From: Minisyncoccota bacterium
Lineage (GTDB): Bacteria; Patescibacteriota; Minisyncoccia; Phycocordibacterales; Phycocordibacteraceae
Assembly: GCA_028695415.1 (NCBI GenBank)
Contig: JAQVIY010000002.1
Coordinates: 4,883 to 68,882 of the forward strand
Direction of reading: 5' to 3'
DNA length: 64,000 bases
Shown: positions 47,775-57,031 of the stretch, piece by piece
How positions within the stretch are numbered: position 1 is the stretch's first letter
Layout: each line of letters opens with the position of its first letter
Notes under the pieces: model-generated
Seen by the model: only the letters and a program-made list of their open reading frames with translations
Databases searched by the model: none
Told to the model about the DNA's origin: nothing
Position numbers and translations under genes: made by a program

Positions 47775-49389
47775 GAGAGGGGAGTGAAATAGAACTGAAA
47801 CCGTGTACTTACAAGGGGTCGGAGCGGTGCACCATACAGCACTTGTGCTGTCTCGTGCTTGATTAAGCAGGGCGAAACTTGATAAGGACTTAGATTTGGG
47901 CGTGCGTACGGACAACAAACTCCATACGCAGTAAGCCAGGCGTTGAGCCGTCTAAGATAACTGTCAGGTGCCCTCCTTAATCATGTACGAGTGTTGTATG
48001 GTGCACCGTGACGGCATGCCTATTGAAGAATGAGCCGGCGAGTGTATATATCTTGCGTAGCTAAGTCCTTACGGGGCGGAGCTTAAGGGAAACCGAGCGT
48101 GAATAGCGCGATTGTAGGATATATACGACCCGAAGCCAGATGAGCTTGCCATGAGCAGGGTGAAGTTTGTCGAAAGACAGATGGAGGCCCGAACCCGTTG
48201 GTCGTACAACGCCTTGGGATGACTTGTGGCAAGGAGTGAAAAGCTAATCGAATCTGGGAATAGCTGGTTCTCTCCGAAACAGCTTTTGGGCTGGCGTCGC
48301 CATATGTGTGCATGGGGGTAGAGCACTGGAAGGGATCAACAGGGAGAAATCTCGTGATTCCTATCAAACTCCGAATACCATGTACCCGGGCGGCAGTTAG
48401 AAGGTGGGGGCGAAGCTCCATCGATCGAGAGGGGAAGAGCCCTGATCGCAAATTAAGGCCCCTAAATCAACGCTCAGTACATCCACAAGGAAGTGAGGAC
48501 TCATAGACAGTGAGGATGTTGGCTTAGAAGCAGCCACCATTCAAAGAAAGCGTAACAGCTCACTCATCGAGAGTCCTTGCGCCGAAGATGATCGGGGTTA
48601 AGCGTTGTGCCGAAATTGCGGGTTTGTGTTTATTCCGATAAATACAAGCGGTAGGAGAGTGTTCTGTTCGCGATGAAGCTTAAGGGGTAACCCGTGGTGG
48701 AGCGTACAGAAGTAAGAATGCCGGTACAAGTAACCACAACGCGGGTGAGAACCCCGCGCGTCGAAAGATCAAGGTTTCCTCAGCTATGGTGATCAACTGA
48801 GGGTTAGTCGGGCCTAAGGGGATGGCGAGAGCCGCACCCGATGGACACAGGGTTAATATTCCCTGACCGTTTTTAGAGGCTATGGAGTGACGGACTGCTG
48901 TATGTGCTGCCCATTATTGGATTTGGGTCGGCTTGGTGAGGAAGCGCGTTAGGCAAATCCGGCGCGCATTATTCCGAGCTGAGTCGCAATTTCCTCCTAC
49001 GGGGGGAGAGAGGGTGCAAAGCGCGGTTCCAAGAAAATCTTCTACGCATCAACTCTAAAGATGACCGTACCGTAAACCGACACAGGTGATCAGGTCGAGC
49101 AGACCAAGACGAACGAGTAAGAGGTCCTCAAGGAACTCGGCAAACAAGCGGCCGTAAGTTAGCGATAAGGCCTGCCTCCTGCCTGCAAGGGCGGGAGGCC
49201 GCAGCGAAAGTTTTCCTATCAACTGTTTACCAAAAACACAGCTCCCTGCAAACTCGTAAGAGGAAGTATAGGGGGTGACACCTGACCAATGCCGGAAGGT
49301 TAACCACGGTGGGTGGTATGTCGCAAGATGTACTGCTGGACTGTGTAAGCCCCGGTGAATGTCGGCGATAACTATAATCGTCCTAAGGT

Positions 49390-49902
49390 TCCGGGCGCGA
49401 CGAGAGTCGTGCTCGGAAGGACTAGGACGATTGTAGCGGTAAACATACACAAGCTGCCTTGCTGCGCAGTAATGCGCGGATTAGTCCACATGGCTATATG
49501 CTGGGAAGCGCGGAAGCGCGATCAGCAGGGAAGATTCGTGAACTTCACAGAGGAGAATAATCCTCAAAGATATAAGTTGGGTTGGTGTAATAATCAATCA
49601 AAGAGACAGGCATAGACAGCGAGGAGGTGGGCTTAAGAGCAGCCACCCTTTGAAGAGAGCGTTATAGCTCACTCGTCGAGTCGGTCAGACGTGGTTGATA
49701 GCATAAGAAGACATTTGGCCTTGCCTGCGTGCAAGGGACAACCAGTGCCTTCAAGACGTCGGACCAGTTTCGACACCCATCTTATACCCTAGGGAATGAC
49801 TACATTCCCTCTTCTGTGAAGTTCACGAAAACCCTCAGAGACCAAACGCCATACTCCTATTCGTAGGAGCAAGATAGAGTCCAAAGGTTGAAAGGAACCT
49901 AG
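49390..49902 (+). mobile_element. 23S insertion 1: ORF-less group I-like intron after the position equivalent to E. coli U1931 (helix 69/71 region)
   Basis: 5' exon ends CCTAAGGT (U). Insertion ends ...CCTAG (G). Exon resumes AGCGTAATTCCTTGTCGGG. Contains a roughly 20-bp long-range inverted repeat (49536-49557 with 49810-49830) and a roughly 75-nt segment near-identical to 23S 48510-48585. Confidence 0.6.
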
Positions 49903-50810
49903 AGCGTAATTCCTTGTCGGGTAAGTTCCGACGTGCACGAATGGTGTAATGAGTGGGAAACTGTCTCGAGGACTCGCTCGGTGAAAATGCACTTCCGGTG
50001 AAGATGCCGGATACCTGTAGTTAGACGAAAAGACCCCAGGAGCTTTACTATAGCTTCGTATTGGCACTGCGGGATTCATGCGTAGCATAGGTGGGAGGAT
50101 TTGAAGCATTGGTTTCGGCTGGTGTGGATCCGTCAGTGAAATACCACTCTTGAATTTTGCAGTGTCTAACCCCGTGAGCGTAACTCACGGGGGACCGTGC
50201 GTGGCAGGTAGTTTTGGTGGGGCGCTATCCTCCTAAAAAGTAACGGAGGAGTCTATTAAGGTTCTCTAGGCGCGAATGGAAACCGTGCCGATAGTGTAAT
50301 GGCATAAGAGAGCTTAACTGTAAGGGGTACATCCCGAGCAGATGCGAAAGCAGAGCATAGTGAACCGATGGTACGCCTTAGATGCGGCCAGAGATTAACG
50401 GATATAAGTTACCCTGGGGATAACAGGCTAGTTCCGCCCAAGCGTCCATAGCGACGGCGGAGTTCGGCACCTCGATGTCGGCTCACCTTAGCGCGGGGCT
50501 GGAGAAGGTCCCAAGCGTATGGCTGTTCGCCATTTAAAAAGGTACGCGAGCTGGGTTCAAACCGTTCAGCAACTGACTTCGGTCGGTGATTGAACGGTTT
50601 GAACCCCGAGGCAAATGTTAGCTACGTGGAGACGTAGTGTGAATAAACGACAACTCACGGCGGTCTCGACTAGGAATAGTCGAGAAGCAAATCAACTGAT
50701 ATCGGTGGAACCCAGCCCCAGTTTTAAAATGCATAAAACTGGAGCTGGGCAATACCGAGGGAATTTGTCTTATGTGCTTCATTGAGGAATGTTCTTTGAG
50801 AATGTATTGC

Positions 50811-50887
50811 GGAGAAGTCGCCAAGCGGTTAAGGCACCAGACTTTCAAATCTGGCATGCGAAGGTTCGAACCCTTCCTTCTCCTCCA
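50811..50887 (+). ncRNA. tRNA-Gln-like element with 8-nt anticodon loop (CTTTCAAA) and encoded CCA, nested in 23S intron 2 inside a 19-bp inverted repeat
   Basis: Acceptor GGAGAAG/CTTCTCC, D arm GCCAAGCGGTTAAGGC (as in bacterial tRNA-Gln), anticodon stem CCAGA/TCTGG, variable CATGC, T arm GAAGG-TTCGAAC-CCTTC, discriminator T plus CCA. Flanked by CTTATGTGCTTCATTGAGGA (50769-50788) and its complement (50914-50932). Confidence 0.5.
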
Positions 50888-51104
50888 TACATTTTCTGGC
50901 AACTTAGGTTGCCTCCTCAATGAAGCACATAAACGAAGCCCGTAGAGACTGAATGTTGATCATCCCGCCCCACTTTTGTCATTAGGACAGAGGCGGGGAG
51001 GGCTCACATAATTAGATGTACCTCGTTATTCCAATGACGGCGGTGTATCAAAAGTGGAGCTGGATGGTGTTACAGTCCGATCCCGCCAGTAATGGCGGCG
51101 TTAT

Positions 51105-51140
51105 TGGGCAGCTAGAGCCTAAAGCCTAGTGCCCAATAGC
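51105..51140. repeat. CTAG-rich repeat (copy 3) near the 3' end of 23S intron 2
   Basis: GCTAGAGCCTAAAGCCTAGTGCCCAATAGC shares GCCTAAAGCCTAG with the blocks at about 32022 and 35556. Confidence 0.45.
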
Positions 51141-51212
51141 TACGTAATGCGTGAGACAGGTTGGTCTCCTATCTACTACAGGCGTTGATTCTTGAGGGGG
51201 GTTGTCCCTAGT

Positions 51213-52068
51213 AAAATATTGCTACTTCAGAGAGAGATCTCTGATGACAACGCTGCTTATAACGGTGGAGTCTAAGGCGCTTCTGGTTTTAGAGGTCGAT
51301 ATCCGACGGTCCAGTGGATATTGACCTCGCTTGAGGACCAGAATGACGCTATGATAATACCGTGGGAAGTCGATTAAGTATTACCAATGCAGATCTCGCG
51401 TATATCGCGGGCTTCTTGGATGGAGATGGAAGTCTCATGTTCCAATTAAAGAAGCGCGCAGATTCGACCAAAGGAGTGCGTTTTATGGCGACGATATGTC
51501 TTTATCAAGATACTCGCCATGATGCGCCGCTCTCGTGGATTCGAACGCGACTCAAATGCGGCTATGTTTCTAAACGGAACGATGGCATGACAGAATTACG
51601 CATCAATGGCTTCTCTCAAGTGAGGGAGACCGTAGAAGCGCTTCTGCCGTATCTTCGTTTCAAGAAGAAACAAGCAAGACTACTCATTCGGGCATGTAAA
51701 TTGCTCGAACAAGAGACGCTCCGCACCATGAAGTCGAGAGATATACGAAAGATTGTTGATTTGCTGTTGCTCATACAGAATGAAAACTATATGAGCAAAA
51801 AGCGAAAGACGAAAGAAGAACTGCATCACATGCTTGGTTTGACCCCGTAACGACTTACGTTGAAAGATACGTGGACTCATAGGTAGAGGAATCGTTCCGC
51901 AGGCAGCTCGCTAACGCGACTGCACTTGGATTTTCTAAAGCGGAGTACCGCTAAGAAAATCTCGGCGAGAACGACAGCTCCTATGGGTAAGATGCAGCCA
52001 TCCTAACTTCGCACAGGCGGAAAAGGATGAAGATATAGTCTGAGCTCCTGGAAACAGGGGAAGTATCG
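51213..52068 (+). mobile_element. 23S insertion 3: group I intron carrying a LAGLIDADG homing endonuclease ORF, inserted on the 5' side of the sarcin-ricin loop (E. coli about 2656/2657)
   Basis: Joining exons gives CCCTAGT|ACGAGAGGACCGG, matching CCTAGTACGAGAGGACCGG. Intron ends in G. Conserved group I S-element AAGATATAGTC at 52030-52040. Confidence 0.7.
51362..51850 (+). CDS. single-motif LAGLIDADG homing endonuclease (I-CreI-like size, 162 aa) encoded within 23S intron 3
   Basis: LAYIAGFLDGDGSLMF motif. About 160 aa, typical of homodimeric LAGLIDADG enzymes. AT-rich compared with the rRNA exons. Confidence 0.75.
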   Translation: MGSRLSITNADLAYIAGFLDGDGSLMFQLKKRADSTKGVRFMATICLYQDTRHDAPLSWIRTRLKCGYVSKRNDGMTELRINGFSQVRETVEALLPYLRFKKKQARLLIRACKLLEQETLRTMKSRDIRKIVDLLLLIQNENYMSKKRKTKEELHHMLGLTP

Positions 52069-52420
52069 ACGAGAGGACCGGGATGAACTGACCTCTGGTC
52101 TATCGGCTGTCGCGCCAGCGGCACCGCCGAGTAGCTATGTCGGGTGCCGATAACCGCTGAAAGCATATAAGCGGGAAACGGGCCCCAAGATTAGGAATCG
52201 TTATGAGACTCGTAGGAGATGACTACGTTGATAGGCTCTAGATGGAAGCGCAGTAATGCGTTGAGTCGAGGAGTACTAATATGTCCAGTCTCTCGTGCGG
52301 AACTCTGTCTAACACAATCGTTCTGTTTGCGTTTTGATAATTACCTATGCGTTTCGTAGTCACCGACCCTACGTCGCTCGCTTCGCGAGCTATGAAGGGT
52401 AAAAACACTTTCGAGTGTTC

Positions 52421-52539
52421 GGTTCTGGTGGTTCGGCGGCGGGGTCATACCCGTTCTCATTCCGAACACGGCAGTCAAGCCCGCTAGCGGCGATGGTACT
52501 CATCGTTTCAGATGGGGAGAGTAGCTAACCGCCAGAACC
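52421..52539 (+). rRNA. rrf: 5S ribosomal RNA
   Basis: Terminal helix GGTTCTGGTGG / CCGCCAGAACC. Internal CCGAACACGGCAGTCAAGCCC and AGATGGGGAGAGTAGC. Confidence 0.8.
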
Positions 52540-52722
52540 GAGTACTCGATATTTGTTTTTGAGATGTTTGTAATAATTGGATGGGGAGAGTAAGAAAGAA
52601 ACGCCTCGGAAGGCGTTTTTTCTTTCTGCTGCACTTGCTTCAAGAAAGCGAAAGAAGACTCTCGCTTTCTTTCGCTTCGTTTGCAGTAGCTAACCGCCAG
52701 AACCGAGTACTCGATTTTTGTT
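52521..52722. repeat. duplicated 5S 3'-end fragments bracketing an insertion of about 120 nt that contains a terminator hairpin
   Basis: GTAGCTAACCGCCAGAACCGAGTACTCGAT(A)TTTTGTT occurs at 52521-52560 and 52683-52722. GGATGGGGAGAGTA at 52581-52594 repeats 5S AGATGGGGAGAGTA. Hairpin AAACGCCTCGGAAGGCGTTTTTT at 52600-52622. Confidence 0.55.
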
Positions 52723-52735
52723 CCTTCAGATTAAG

Positions 52736-52840
52736 CGGGGTGTAGCTTAGGTAAGTTAAGTGCGGCAAGCACTCTGTCCTGGGTGACAACGTCCGGGAGC
52801 TGTACAGAGGACGCAGGTTCGAATCCTGTCACCCCGACCA
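52736..52840 (+). ncRNA. atypical tRNA-like gene (about 102 nt plus encoded CCA) followed by an intrinsic terminator
   Basis: 7-bp acceptor CGGGGTG/CACCCCG, discriminator A, CCA, canonical T arm GCAGG-TTCGAAT-CCTGT. About 27 extra nt relative to class I tRNAs. A possible CTG (Gln) anticodon-loop parse needs an enlarged D loop and a 21-nt insert. Terminator GCACGCCGCGC-TTGC-GCGCGGCGTTTT at 52842-52868. Confidence 0.45.
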
Positions 52841-52880
52841 TGCACGCCGCGCTTGCGCGGCGTTTTGCTATACTGTTCGC

Positions 52881-53645
52881 ATGGATTGGGCAACGCGACG
52901 GCGGTTCATAATTCTTCTTATTATCGGCGCGATCATGGTCGCGTTCTTCGCGACGGTGCTTATCGCCACATTCTCGAAGACGCCGACCTGCTCCGATGGC
53001 ATACAGAATCAGGATGAGACGGGTGTTGACTGCGGTGGTTCATGCCGGTACCTCTGCATAGCAGAACAGCAGCCGCCGACCGTTCTGTTCACCAAGGCTA
53101 TCGGCAACGGCCTCGGTCGTACGGATGTCGTCGCATCAATCGAGAATAAGAACGCCGCCGCTGCGGCAAAGAATGTCCCGTATCGCATCACGCTCTACGG
53201 TACCGGCCAGTTCCTTATCCAAGAGGTTACCGGCTCGTTCGACCTTCCACCCGGCGCGACGGTGCCGCTCTACATCCCCAACATATCTTCAGGGAAACAA
53301 ACCGACATAAAAGCCTTCCTCACCATTGCGACCTCTTCGCTCCAATGGTTTTCTCTGTCGCCCTCCGCTCTCCGTGCACCGCTCGTATCGAACACGACTC
53401 AGGGAGGTATCTCGAACACACCGCGTATTGAAGCCATTCTCACCAATCCGACCATCATTCCATTCACTGATGTACGAGTCGTGGTCGTCGTTCGCGATAC
53501 GCACGGGGACGTTATAGCCGCGTCAGAGACGATCGTTCCCTCCATTCCAGCACAAGGGCAGGCGAATGCGACCTTTACGTGGAATAGCGCGTTTCCGAGC
53601 GCGCCTGCCGCAATAGAGGTTACCCCGATTGTTTCGCTTCCGTGA
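52881..53645 (+). CDS. hypothetical membrane-anchored protein with Cys-rich segment
   Basis: N-terminal TM helix (FIILLIIGAIMVAFFATVLIATF). TCSDGIQNQDETGVDCGGSCRYLC, then Thr/Pro-rich beta-like sequence. Confidence 0.4.
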   Translation: MDWATRRRFIILLIIGAIMVAFFATVLIATFSKTPTCSDGIQNQDETGVDCGGSCRYLCIAEQQPPTVLFTKAIGNGLGRTDVVASIENKNAAAAAKNVPYRITLYGTGQFLIQEVTGSFDLPPGATVPLYIPNISSGKQTDIKAFLTIATSSLQWFSLSPSALRAPLVSNTTQGGISNTPRIEAILTNPTIIPFTDVRVVVVVRDTHGDVIAASETIVPSIPAQGQANATFTWNSAFPSAPAAIEVTPIVSLP

Positions 53646-54781
53646 ATGCGTTAGGAAAAGCATCCAGGAATTTCTTCAACTCCGGCGGAGATTGGACGCT
53701 GTTTCTGCCAGCGGTCGCCCTCTCGCTTCTTGGTCTGCTTACTATGAGCACCTTCGGGCAAGGGGAATCGCTTGCTCCGCGACAGTTCCTTTGGCTCGCG
53801 GTCGCGACGGTCGCGTATCTCGTCATCTCGACGATTGATATGCGCTTCATTCGTCGGACATCGGTCGTCATGACGCTCTACAGCGCCGCGCTTATCCTTC
53901 TCGCACTCGTGCTTCTCGCGCGCCCGGTGATGGGCGCGCACGCGTGGTTCTCGTTCGGTCCCGTATCGTTTCAGCCGGCAGACTTCGCGAAGTTGGCGCT
54001 CATCGCACTTCTCGCGAAGTATCTTTCGCGTCGGCATGTCGAGATAGGGGACTTCCGCCACATTCTCGTTTCTGGCACATATGCACTCACGGTCACTCTT
54101 CTCATTCTTATCGAGCCGGACATGGGGAACGCCATCATATTCACGACACTCTGGCTCGGCATGATGCTGGTATCCGGCATATCGAAAAAGCACCTTGCTA
54201 TTCTCGGATGCATCGGGCTCGTGCTCGCATCGATTATTTGGTTCGAGGGGTTGAAGCCCTATCAGCGCGCACGCATCGTCTCTTTCGTGAATCCCGCCGC
54301 CGACATACACGGTTCCGGTTACAACGCGTATCAGGCTAAGATTGCGGTCGGCTCGGGAGAGATTTTCGGCAAGGGCATTGGGTACGGGACACAGTCGAAA
54401 TTGCGATTTCTCCCCGAGTATCAGACCGACTTCATCTTTGCCGCATATGCCGAGGAATGGGGTTTCGCAGGGACAGCGCTTTTATTCGCGGTCTACGCGC
54501 TTTTATTTGCGCGACTCGCGCAAATAGCCCGCGCCGCCGCGACTAATTTTGACGCATTCTTCACGCTCGGCGTGCTTCTGCTCCTCGCCGCGCATCTCGC
54601 GATACATGTCGGTATCAGTCTGGGGCTCCTGCCGGTGACCGGCACGACAATACCTTTTATGAGTTCGGGCGGCTCCCATCTCGTACTCGAATTTGCCCTG
54701 CTTGGCATTGTGACATCGCTTGCGCACCATGGTCGCGGCGCGACGAGAGACATAAGCGCACACGAATATCTGGGGGGCTAA
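53642..54781 (+). CDS. SEDS-family peptidoglycan glycosyltransferase (FtsW/RodA)
   Basis: Ten TM helices. Conserved C-terminal PVTGTTIPFMSSGGSHLV. Confidence 0.8.
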   Translation: MNALGKASRNFFNSGGDWTLFLPAVALSLLGLLTMSTFGQGESLAPRQFLWLAVATVAYLVISTIDMRFIRRTSVVMTLYSAALILLALVLLARPVMGAHAWFSFGPVSFQPADFAKLALIALLAKYLSRRHVEIGDFRHILVSGTYALTVTLLILIEPDMGNAIIFTTLWLGMMLVSGISKKHLAILGCIGLVLASIIWFEGLKPYQRARIVSFVNPAADIHGSGYNAYQAKIAVGSGEIFGKGIGYGTQSKLRFLPEYQTDFIFAAYAEEWGFAGTALLFAVYALLFARLAQIARAAATNFDAFFTLGVLLLLAAHLAIHVGISLGLLPVTGTTIPFMSSGGSHLVLEFALLGIVTSLAHHGRGATRDISAHEYLGG

Positions 54782-55764
54782 GCGAGATAGACAGCAATCG
54801 TTCTCTGCACCATCTGTTCAAGCGAGAAATCGCGCATGTCTTTGGCATCTACTATCTCGCCGACGCCGCCTACGCGGTTTGCCTCGATAGGGAGACCCGC
54901 TGCCCTCGCTTCGAGGAGGACATACGGCAGCCCTTCCTTGAGAGAGGGGAGCGCAAACACATCAAACCCTTTCAGTACCTCGCTTGCCGGTAGAAAGCCG
55001 AAAAGTTTTACCCGATCAGAAAGTCCGTATTCTTGTATTTTTGCTTCAAGTTGCTGGCGTTCTTCTCCTTTGCCGACGATAGCAACAAACAGATTCGGGT
55101 TTCTCCGCGCTTGTTCCACGAGTGCAGTCTGGTTTTTATTCCGCGTGAGTTCTCCAATCGTTCCGGTGATATGCGTATGAGGAGGGAAAGCAGAACGAAT
55201 GACCTCTCCTGATCCGAGTGCGATGGCAGGACTTATCCCGTTGTATATGCGCACTGTTTTCTTACCAACAAAAGGCATGTGCCGTGCCACGCGCAAATCA
55301 TAATCAGAAACGACAATGACAGCGTGTGATAGAAGTGCAGTAAGCCACGAAAAGAGATACATAAGCGCGCGGTGCAAAGGACTGCGTTGTTCCCAGAACG
55401 GCCAGCCGTGAGCGGTGAAGATGATGCGGGGCACTCCGGTAAGACGGGCCGCGAGAGCGCCGATACCGGCCGCTTTCGACGAGTTGAGGTGAATGACATC
55501 AGGCTTTTCTTTACGAAATATTCTCCATAGTTCAAAAAAGCTTTTTACATCTGCAGCTATCGAAACATCCCGCTGCAGTGCCCGTATCGGGTGAGTGCGT
55601 ATGCCGACATTCCGCAGTTCATCGGCAAGTCGTCCCGGCTGTCCGAATGCGACGTGTACATCAAAAGCGTCCTTAGGGAGATGGGTCGCCAGGTCATAGA
55701 CATAGCGCTGGGCGCCGCCCCAGTTTGCCTTGGTGATAACAAAGAGTATTTTGCGGGGCTTCAT
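54778..55764 (-). CDS. glycosyltransferase family 1 (GT4-like)
   Basis: ILFVITKANWGGAQRYVYDLA N-terminal motif and the C-terminal EGLPYVLLEARAAGLP sugar-donor binding motif. Confidence 0.8.
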   Translation of the reverse strand: MKPRKILFVITKANWGGAQRYVYDLATHLPKDAFDVHVAFGQPGRLADELRNVGIRTHPIRALQRDVSIAADVKSFFELWRIFRKEKPDVIHLNSSKAAGIGALAARLTGVPRIIFTAHGWPFWEQRSPLHRALMYLFSWLTALLSHAVIVVSDYDLRVARHMPFVGKKTVRIYNGISPAIALGSGEVIRSAFPPHTHITGTIGELTRNKNQTALVEQARRNPNLFVAIVGKGEERQQLEAKIQEYGLSDRVKLFGFLPASEVLKGFDVFALPSLKEGLPYVLLEARAAGLPIEANRVGGVGEIVDAKDMRDFSLEQMVQRTIAVYLA

Positions 55765-55809
55765 AGGTGCAACTGTACAATATATTTCTGCGTTATAGTA
55801 TCCATATCT

Positions 55810-57030
55810 ATGGTATTTAATCGAAGCGAGACAGCGATTCTCCTTGTGGGGGATTTTCTTATATTGGGGGCATCCCTCTGGATTACTCTTGCATTACGGA
55901 ACCTCGCGTTGCCCCCCTTTAGTTACTTTGAGGAGAATATCGTCCCGTTTCTGCCGATGTTCCTTTTGTCGCTTGTCGTGTTCTATATCGCCGGCCTCTA
56001 CGAGAAGCAGACGCGCCCGATTCGGAGTGTGATGGGTATCCGCATATTCGGCGCGCAGGCGGCGACCGTCGCGATTGCGGCGATACTCTTCTTCATACTC
56101 CCGCTTTCGATAGCGCCGAAGACGATCCTCGTGATGTATCTCGCCATATCGGTCGTCGCTGAAAGTGCATGGCGTTTTTATAGAATGAATAAAGAGATCG
56201 GGGAGGGCAGGCGCGTGCCGGTCATCCTCGCGGGTTCCGGTCAGGCGGCTGACGAACTGTATGAGGAAGTGAACAACAATAGCGCCTACATGATCCGATT
56301 CGTTGACCGGATTCAATCGGTTGATTCGTGCACGGACGGCTCGGCTGTGATGGATACCGAAGAACTCTATGAAGAAATCTTCGATCGCGTTCCTCTTGAA
56401 TATCTTGATACGGATGAACTCCTGAAGTCGTTTTCACAGGATAAAGTGTTCTATGATCGGAGTAAGCGTCTCTTCGATGTTCTCCTCGCTCTTCTTCTCT
56501 CGCTCGTTGCTATCCCTATCGTAGCGTTCGCGTCGCTTGCGCTTTTCCTCGAGAGCGGAATGCCTTTTTTCCGCCATGATCGCATCGGCAAGGGAGGGCG
56601 CGTATTTTCTTTATTGAAACTGCGTACGATGCTTCTCAATGATCATGGTGATCCGCAATTACAGAAGAAGAATCGCGTAACGGCGGTCGGACGCTTCCTC
56701 CGGAAGACGCGCATTGATGAACTTCCGCAACTCTGGAACGTGCTCACGGGCGACCTCTCGTTTATTGGGCCGCGCCCCGAACTCCCGAAGATAGCCGAGG
56801 TGTATGAGCGAGAGCTTCCGCATTATCGTATGCGACACCTTATCGCTCCCGGTCTCTCGGGGTGGGCACAGATACACGATTATGATGCTCCGCGCGGCGG
56901 AGCAGACGTGGTGCGTACGAAGCGGAAACTTTCGTACGACCTCTACTATTTGAAGCATCGCTCACTCGGGCTTGATCTCGCCATCGCGATCAAGACACTG
57001 CGGGCGCTCGCTTCTATTTCTGGAACCTAA
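55810..57030 (+). CDS. polyprenyl-phosphate sugar phosphotransferase (bacterial sugar transferase, WbaP-like)
   Basis: N-terminal TM segments, then [18 protein letters not shown]...GPRPELP...GLSGWAQIH motifs of the PF02397 family. Start taken at ATG 55810 (MVFNRSE). Confidence 0.8.
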   Translation: MVFNRSETAILLVGDFLILGASLWITLALRNLALPPFSYFEENIVPFLPMFLLSLVVFYIAGLYEKQTRPIRSVMGIRIFGAQAATVAIAAILFFILPLSIAPKTILVMYLAISVVAESAWRFYRMNKEIGEGRRVPVILAGSGQAADELYEEVNNNSAYMIRFVDRIQSVDSCTDGSAVMDTEELYEEIFDRVPLEYLDTDELLKSFSQDKVFYDRSKRLFDVLLALLLSLVAIPIVAFASLALFLESGMPFFRHDRIGKGGRVFSLLKLRTMLLNDHGDPQLQKKNRVTAVGRFLRKTRIDELPQLWNVLTGDLSFIGPRPELPKIAEVYERELPHYRMRHLIAPGLSGWAQIHDYDAPRGGADVVRTKRKLSYDLYYLKHRSLGLDLAIAIKTLRALASISGT

Positions 57031-57031
57031 T

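Larger units (their letters stand above)
50566..51149 (+). mobile_element. 23S insertion 2: ORF-less group I-like intron at the position equivalent to E. coli 2593 (I-CreI-type site)
   Basis: Joining exons gives GGGTTCAAACCGT|CGTGAGACAG, matching GGGTTTAGAACGTCGTGAGACAG. Intron starts with a 15-bp hairpin pairing exon sequence, and ends in G. Confidence 0.65.

Noticed and set aside
50811-50887. Recoded UGA (code 25/4) read by the intron-borne TCA-containing tRNA-like element
   Set aside because: Several confident genes in the window terminate at in-frame TGA (e.g. pilM at 507-509). So UGA is a stop and the standard code applies. The element may still be a suppressor-like or non-decoding tRNA mimic.
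52736-52840. Selenocysteine tRNA (because of its length of about 100 nt)
   Set aside because: No TCA anticodon anywhere in the candidate anticodon region. The acceptor is 7 bp with discriminator A rather than the 8-bp acceptor and G73 expected for bacterial tRNA-Sec.
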